From: a bacterium
GTDB lineage: Bacteria; Acidobacteriota; HRBIN11; JAKEFK01
Reading direction: 5' to 3'
DNA: 64,000 nucleotides
Assembly (NCBI GenBank): GCA_022616075.1
Contig: JAKEFK010000211.1
Location: 14,164-78,163, forward strand
Part shown: piece by piece, positions 59,145 to 64,000 of the stretch
Layout: the number at the start of each line of letters is the position of its first letter
Numbering within the stretch: position 1 is the first letter of the stretch
Program-made: the position numbers and the translations under genes
The notes under the pieces: generated by a model
Told to the model about the DNA's origin: nothing
The model's database searches: none
Seen by the model: the letters and a program-made list of their open reading frames with translations, nothing else

Positions 59145-59324
59145 TCAATTTCTCGTCGGTCTCGTTGGCACATTCATTTCCAAACAGGAGTGAGTGGTTC
59201 TTCAATTGGAACCGTGTAAAGTACCTTTCGTATCCGATTGTGGAACTGTGGAGCCTTGTTTCGTACGGTTCAATCCCGGATTCGCCACAACGAGCGATAA
59301 TTCAGCTTATTGGAGTTTTAACTT

Positions 59325-59391
59325 AACACAGAGGCGCAGAGACACAGAGAAAAACATTTTTCTAATCTCTGTGCCTCTGTGTCTCTGTGTT
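59325..59391. repeat. Inverted-repeat element with (A/G)CAGAG triplet arms
   Basis: AACACAGAGGCGCAGAGACACAGAGA versus reverse complement of 59366-59391: 23/26 identical. Confidence 0.88.
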
Positions 59392-59394
59392 GAA

Positions 59395-59763
59395 TTAATC
59401 TACTTTATTAGATTTGCGGGCGGGGAGTGTGAGTGCGAGCTTGTCAACAAACTCGTAGAAGCGGTCTTTGTAATTCCGGCTCCAGGTCAGTTCTGTGCCG
59501 TCACTAAGGATCACGTGATATTCACCTTTCAACCATGGTTTCAATTCCCGAATCGAATCGACGTTCACGATATAGGAGCGATGGATCCGAATAAACGATT
59601 CAGGATCCAATTCCCCCTCCAGAGTCTGGATACCGGCGCGCACCGGATAATAATTCCCTTCACAATGAAGATGACTGTATTTTCCTTTGGCCTCAATCCA
59701 GTGAATTTCTTCCTGATTCACAAACAACAAGCTTCCACTAGAGCGAATCAAGAGTCTTTTCAT
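59395..59763 (-). CDS. Stand-alone LytTR DNA-binding domain protein
   Basis: EIHWIEAKGKY, FIRIHRSYIVN, G.ELTWSRNY; no receiver domain. ATG 59763 or TTG 59811. Confidence 0.85.
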   Translation of the reverse strand: MKRLLIRSSGSLLFVNQEEIHWIEAKGKYSHLHCEGNYYPVRAGIQTLEGELDPESFIRIHRSYIVNVDSIRELKPWLKGEYHVILSDGTELTWSRNYKDRFYEFVDKLALTLPARKSNKVD

Positions 59764-59831
59764 TTTCTTCTTCTTATTGTCCCCTCTTGATTTCAAATCC
59801 ACATCCTCCAAAAGAATGAGGCGACTGCCAC

Positions 59832-59891
59832 AAAAAAGGGCGACTCCATTTCAGAAGCCGCCCTTCTCCTTCGTAATGAAGGAGCCATGAG
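59832..59891 (-). ncRNA. Candidate small structured RNA A (conserved CUCAUGG + hairpin + terminator)
   Basis: CTCATGGCTCCTTCATTACGAAGGAGAAG, then a GGGCGGC/GTCGCCC stem and U-run. 5' end unknown. Confidence 0.45.
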
Positions 59892-60052
59892 GACTAAACA
59901 TTAAGACGAAAATGAAAAGCAAAAGGTTGTGTAAATTTGAAAAATTTTTTGGGAGGAAGAAAAGATAGTTCTAAAGAATGAAAACTTTATCCCTCCTTTT
60001 CAGCTTGTGCGGAAATGAACACCTGGTGTCTGATAGAGTCGTTAACTCCTCT

Positions 60053-60115
60053 CTCATGGCTCTTTCATTGTGAAAGAGAAGATGGCGATCTTCCCCACAG
60101 ATCGCCATTTTTTTT
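60053..60115 (+). ncRNA. Candidate small structured RNA B (paralogue of A, opposite strand)
   Basis: CTCATGGCTCTTTCATTGTGAAAGAGAAG (25/29 identical to A), then an ATGGCGATC/GATCGCCAT stem and T8. Confidence 0.45.
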
Positions 60116-60121
60116 AAGCTC

Positions 60122-60196
60122 AACCGCCAAGGCGCCAAGAACGTCAAGAAAAAACTAAAAATATTTTGACGTTGGTGCCATAGCGTCTTGGCGGTT
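60122..60196. repeat. Inverted-repeat element with GCCAAG triplet arms (degenerate right arm)
   Basis: AACCGCCAAGGCGCCAAGAACGTCAAG ... AGCGTCTTGGCGGTT. Confidence 0.8.
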
Positions 60197-60200
60197 TGAA

Positions 60201-60731
60201 TTATTTACAAACCTGTTCTTCACCTGTAACAAAGAATTTCGTACGCACCACTTTCGCAATCCCATTTCCGAACACTGTTACGACATACAGGTTGTCATAA
60301 TCCGAATCGTCAATCTCCTGGACCTCGCCGCCTCCCAGCGCCTCAATAATCTCGGGCAAAGTATTGCTGTGACCCACCACGAGAACGGTTCCGCCAGAAT
60401 GCTTCGACAAAATCGATGCTACTAACTTATTCGTAGTTCCCGCATCTACCGTTTCCAGGGAAATGCGCAAGCGTTTCGCAAGCGGTTCACCGGTCAATCT
60501 CGTTCGTGCGAATTGCGACGTGTAGATTGCATTCAAGCCTGAGTTTTCGAACATGCGCACCAGAAGCTCCGCTCTTGCGACGCCTTGAGGCGACAGTGGA
60601 GGATCGTCTCCGGAGGTTACGACCTTTTCGGCATGTCGAACGAGAAGGACGGTTGTGAGTTTTTGTTTCCCGAATGCAGCGCCACTCAAAAGAAAATAAA
60701 AAAGAACAATCAGTAATGTAATTCGTTTCAC
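60201..60731 (-). CDS. Secreted histidine-phosphatase-family protein (SixA/phosphoglycerate-mutase-like)
   Basis: LLVRHAEK, PPLS..G..RA, VLVVGHSNT. GTG 60731 has a GGAGAG RBS. Confidence 0.88.
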   Translation of the reverse strand: MKRITLLIVLFYFLLSGAAFGKQKLTTVLLVRHAEKVVTSGDDPPLSPQGVARAELLVRMFENSGLNAIYTSQFARTRLTGEPLAKRLRISLETVDAGTTNKLVASILSKHSGGTVLVVGHSNTLPEIIEALGGGEVQEIDDSDYDNLYVVTVFGNGIAKVVRTKFFVTGEEQVCK

Positions 60732-60741
60732 GTGACTCTCC

Positions 60742-62079
60742 TTATTTATAGCGCGTCCCATGCTTAAGGACGATATCCACATCTTGCAACAGATTGATGT
60801 GACGCAGTACGTCTCCGCGTACCGCAATGATGTCCGCATATTTGCCTTCAGAAATGGTTCCGAAATCTTTTTCGACTTTCATGGCAAGAGAAGGCCAATA
60901 TGTTGCGGCGCGAATGGCATACATAGGATCCACTTTGAATGTGTTCACCCATGCGTCCAGTTCTTTCCAGGTTGATTGACTGTGAAAATTCATGGGAATG
61001 CCACTGTCCGTGCCGATCAGTAGCACAACACCCGATTCCATAAGCTGATGGAATTTTCGTGAAAGAGTTGGTCGCCGGTTCGGTGTTATTTGAAAATAGG
61101 GCAGACGCTCAGGGTGCAGGATGGAATCGCGAATATCCTGAATGATTTCCTGCGGCAATCCTTCCTGCCAGGAAGGATCGTCTAATTCTTCCGGATTATC
61201 CCGAATCGATTCGTAGTTCAATAAGCCTTCGACTGTGGGAGTCCAGAACAAAGGACCAAGATTCATTTTTGCCGTTCGTTCGCGAATCATCGATATGATA
61301 TCGGAGGGATATTCGGGCGCGGAAGCCAGTCCGGTGTGTTCGAAACAATCCACACCCACTTGCAGGCCTCTGCGAATTTCTTCCGGCCGGTGTGAATGAG
61401 CAACCACGGGAAGCGAATGTTTGTGCGCTTCATCAACAACGGCATTCACTTCTTCCATGGTCATCTGATCCTGATCGATCAGCTTAATCATGTCCACACC
61501 GGCTACGGCCAGCTGCCTGATTTTTGCGCGCGCATCGGACACACCTTTAACTCCCCAGCGAAAGAATTCAGTTCCAGGATAGGGTTCGTGTTGAATAAAG
61601 GGACCGGACACGTACAAATTAGGTCCGGGAATTTTGCCCGATTTGATTGCCTCCCGCACGACAATACTCTCACGCAAAGGCGCGCCGAGATCACGCACAC
61701 TGGTCACGCCGGCCAGTAGCAATTGTTTCGCGGAAGCAGGCATGATTACGGATTCATATTGTGGTGGATACGTTTTGTCCCAGTGTTCGTAATTCGCGTG
61801 ACCGTTGATGTCCAGATGGACATGCATGTCCCACAAACCCGGCAAAACGGACATACCTTCCGTAGAAATAATTTCAGCGCCCTCTGGCACAGGCAACGTA
61901 CCAACCTGTCCGATTGCTTTGATTCGTTCCCCTTCGATAAGGATTACGCTATTCCGGATCGGTTTGCCGCCATAACCGTCAATTAACGTTCCGCCCACCA
62001 GCGCTTTGAATTGTTGCGCGGATGCGGTTGCTAGAAAAAGAAAAGTAAGAAGAAGACAGAGGAGTGGTTTCAATTTCAA
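60742..62079 (-). CDS. Secreted amidohydrolase-family protein
   Basis: LPGLWDMHVH, GVTSVRDLG, carboxylated-Lys region IKL, GTDSG, G.I..GKYADIIAV. Confidence 0.88.
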   Translation of the reverse strand: MKLKPLLCLLLTFLFLATASAQQFKALVGGTLIDGYGGKPIRNSVILIEGERIKAIGQVGTLPVPEGAEIISTEGMSVLPGLWDMHVHLDINGHANYEHWDKTYPPQYESVIMPASAKQLLLAGVTSVRDLGAPLRESIVVREAIKSGKIPGPNLYVSGPFIQHEPYPGTEFFRWGVKGVSDARAKIRQLAVAGVDMIKLIDQDQMTMEEVNAVVDEAHKHSLPVVAHSHRPEEIRRGLQVGVDCFEHTGLASAPEYPSDIISMIRERTAKMNLGPLFWTPTVEGLLNYESIRDNPEELDDPSWQEGLPQEIIQDIRDSILHPERLPYFQITPNRRPTLSRKFHQLMESGVVLLIGTDSGIPMNFHSQSTWKELDAWVNTFKVDPMYAIRAATYWPSLAMKVEKDFGTISEGKYADIIAVRGDVLRHINLLQDVDIVLKHGTRYK

Positions 62080-62106
62080 TTACCTCCTGTGCCATTTTAG
62101 AACAAA

Positions 62107-62160
62107 GTAGCGCGGGCGTCTCGCCTGCGGAGCTTAGCGCAGACGAGACGTCCGCGCTAC
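62107..62160. repeat. REPIN-like doublet GTAGCGCGGGCGTCTCGCCTGCG...CGCAGACGAGACGTCCGCGCTAC
   Basis: Inverted GTAG arms; overlaps the last codons and stop of the upstream membrane gene. Confidence 0.88.
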
Positions 62161-63480
62161 GAGCGAGAAGACAATCATACCGCCGGTGAGAAGCAGGTAC
62201 ATCATTTGCACCGAAAGAGTAGCCGTGCCATACCAGCCGGCAAAATCGAAGCCCGGAGTTTTCCCGCTGTCATTCATGACCAGATACAAAAACATCAGAA
62301 AGCTAACCATGAACGCTTTTGGGTTACCGCTTGCGATTCCAAGCGCAATCGCGCTCGATGCTAGGAATGCTGATCCGATGATGAGAGAGATGGATGCGGA
62401 TGGTTTGAAGAGAATCAGCCGCAACACCGGGATGCATACAAGAAACAGAACAAATGCAAATGCGGTGCCCAGCTTCCACCAGACAAAGTGAGGTTTTAAC
62501 AAAGGCATCGATTCCAGCATGGTGCTTGTTCCCGCACTCTTTTCGCGGGTTGGCAAATCTGCCAGAATCATTGCCACTCCAACGAAGAGTGCCGGTAAAA
62601 TTTTTTGCTGTAGCGAGTCCATTCCGGAAAACAAGGATGCTGTCAATGAACCGAAGAGAAATAATCCTGTGAGCGGCTTTAACTGTAGAGTCAGCAGCAC
62701 TTCAGAAAGGATCGCGTTGAAGAATCCCGGTCTTGCCGAAATTCTTATAGAAAAGAGAGGAGCAATAAGCGGCTTGATCAGGGCGTTCAACCTTCCCACA
62801 AGACTTCTGCGAGAACCGACCTGTGAGGACTTGATTCTTGTGGGATTAAACCGGTGAAATGCGAACATCGCGCCGATCACAAATATCAAAGGAAACAGTG
62901 TTGATACGATTCGAGACAGAATCCAGGACCGTGAGAGCGTTAAACCGGGAAACAGAAAAGGAGGTTGTGATGCATCAAAACTACTGCTTCCGATGGATAA
63001 AGAGTCTGACCCTGTAATTTGTTTTACCTGCTCCAGCATGAATGCAAAACTGAATGTATCAAAATAAGAGCTCCAGTTCGTTCCCCCGAGTTTTTCAGCT
63101 GAAACAGCGACCATGCCGAAAGCAAACATCCATACGAGAAAATAACAGAGGTCTCCAAACCGGCCGGAGAGCCAGCGAATAGATTCAAACAACAAAGCAA
63201 TTCCAGACACAAAGATGATCATGGGCGGTAACAGAAGCGCGTAGTGCCATAGAAAAGAAGAAAACCGGACTGCGGCTTCTCCGCGTACAAGTTGCATCAC
63301 CATACTGCTCAGCATGAATCCGAAGATGACGACCGACAAAAAAAGTACATTACTCAGAAAAATGCCAATCAAGTATTCGTGATTGCGGACTGTCGTGGAG
63401 GCGATGACGAATCCTGTACGCGTCCGCGTGTCCCTTCCGATTGAGTTACTAACAAGGTAGTAGCCCACCAACCCGAGCAA
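62134..63480 (-). CDS. ABC-2-type multi-pass membrane protein, apparently 5'-truncated
   Basis: Many TM helices; GYYLVSNSIGRDTRTRTG..IAST motif. No good start in frame. Confidence 0.6.
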   Translation of the reverse strand: MLGLVGYYLVSNSIGRDTRTRTGFVIASTTVRNHEYLIGIFLSNVLFLSVVIFGFMLSSMVMQLVRGEAAVRFSSFLWHYALLLPPMIIFVSGIALLFESIRWLSGRFGDLCYFLVWMFAFGMVAVSAEKLGGTNWSSYFDTFSFAFMLEQVKQITGSDSLSIGSSSFDASQPPFLFPGLTLSRSWILSRIVSTLFPLIFVIGAMFAFHRFNPTRIKSSQVGSRRSLVGRLNALIKPLIAPLFSIRISARPGFFNAILSEVLLTLQLKPLTGLFLFGSLTASLFSGMDSLQQKILPALFVGVAMILADLPTREKSAGTSTMLESMPLLKPHFVWWKLGTAFAFVLFLVCIPVLRLILFKPSASISLIIGSAFLASSAIALGIASGNPKAFMVSFLMFLYLVMNDSGKTPGFDFAGWYGTATLSVQMMYLLLTGGMIVFSLVARTSRLR

Positions 63481-63482
63481 AA

Positions 63483-63536
63483 TAGCGCAAACACGCCGGA
63501 TCGATATTTTTTGGATACGTTTTCAATTCGAATCAT
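63483..63536 (-). pseudogene. 18-codon N-terminal remnant of an ABC transporter ATP-binding gene
   Basis: GAGGGG RBS plus MIRIENVSKKYRSGVFAL, a typical ABC ATPase start; then joins out of frame to the permease. Confidence 0.6.
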
Positions 63537-63555
63537 CGGTATTCCCCTCTAGATC

Positions 63556-63581
63556 AACCGCCAAGGCGCCAACACGCCAAG
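63556..63581 (+). repeat. Solo GCCAAG triplet arm
   Basis: AACCGCCAAGGCGCCAACACGCCAAG. Confidence 0.75.
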
Positions 63582-63633
63582 CCAGTCAAAACAGAATTTC
63601 AAGGAGATATACGGATGAAGAGTGACTGTAGTT

Positions 63634-64000
63634 CTACTTAACTACATCAAGATTGGCTTTTGTCCAGGCGGTCATACCGCCCACGACGTTTGTAATACGA
63701 AGGAACCCCTCTTGTTCCAGCACGCTGGTCGCGGCAGAAGAACGATAACCGCCGGCACAAATCGCTGTGACTTCTTTCTCAGGATCGAGCCGGTTCACAT
63801 TATCACGCAGTTTATTCAGAGGAATATGCACGGCTTGCTTGATATGCCCGGACGTCCATTCACCGGGCCTGCGCACATCCAGGAGCTGTTTCGTCGCGCC
63901 TTCTTTGATTCGACGTTCCAGTTCATCAACGCTGATTTGTTCGGTTGTGGCAAGGGGCAAATCCGCTTGATACCAGGTCAGGATTCCACCGCCAAGAAAA
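63634..64000 (-). CDS. Rhodanese-domain protein, C-terminal part (probably MBL-fold hydrolase/rhodanese fusion)
   Basis: LDVRRPGEW..GHI, CAGGYRSS, GGMTAW; frame open to the window edge. Confidence 0.85.
   Translation of the reverse strand, partial: FLGGGILTWYQADLPLATTEQISVDELERRIKEGATKQLLDVRRPGEWTSGHIKQAVHIPLNKLRDNVNRLDPEKEVTAICAGGYRSSAATSVLEQEGFLRITNVVGGMTAWTKANLDVVK

Noticed and set aside
59262-59290. tRNA-like T-loop GGTTCAATCCC followed by ...CGCCA
   Set aside because: The T-stem has a mismatch, and no matching acceptor 5' strand, D-arm or anticodon arm is found upstream.
59145-59320. LytTR direct-repeat binding sites upstream of the TonB-dependent receptor (CACAGTTCCA / CACGGTTCCA; TACGAAA pair)
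   Set aside because: Spacing is 33-34 nt rather than the typical ~21-22 nt period, and the match to LytTR consensus is poor.
59194-59790. 198-aa plus-strand ORF
   Set aside because: Antisense shadow of the LytTR gene that reads through a repeat doublet and a promoter region; no recognisable motifs.
59915-60060. Small (~50 codon) minus-strand ORF in the gap between the two RNA-like elements, as a type I toxin
   Set aside because: No RBS, no hydrophobic helix and an unremarkable composition; not supportable.

Overview
A 64-kb bacterial chromosomal window of about 47-50% GC, probably Acidobacteriota (inferred from the GspG-like pilin type, the Oar-like TonB-dependent receptor, the futalosine genes and abundant Hanks kinases). 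The housekeeping backbone is rimP-nusA-infB-rbfA-truB-lgt-rluD, ssb, plsC, futalosine menaquinone genes (mqnA, mqnC, a UbiD-family decarboxylase), purM, galE, fcl, cobB, larC, phhB and a ferredoxin. Accessory loci are: a TPR-pseudokinase-kinase protein; a kinase-DUF58-transglutaminase-HEAT/cyclophilin run; a peptidase-MA/PD40/Omp85 operon divergent from a sigma54-driven pilin and glycosylation cluster; a twice-frameshifted secreted WD40-caspase gene followed by a kinase-DUF4384 gene and a DUF4384 gene; a sigma54 TonB-dependent receptor next to a stand-alone LytTR; and an ABC operon deletion scar. The intergenic DNA is dense with small palindromic repeats of several families. The strongest candidates for undescribed biology are: (1) a GxxExxY nuclease gene bracketed by 33-bp inverted repeats, with empty versions of the same architecture scattered through the window; (2) a divergent pair of paralogous hairpin-plus-terminator RNA-like elements showing covariation; (3) an 87-bp palindrome inserted in a gene 5' end that supplies a stop codon, an RBS and a new start; (4) a 210-bp double-hairpin MITE-like element whose ends supply two stop codons. 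No rRNA, tRNA or CRISPR array was found. Family assignments come from motif recognition only; no database search was run.
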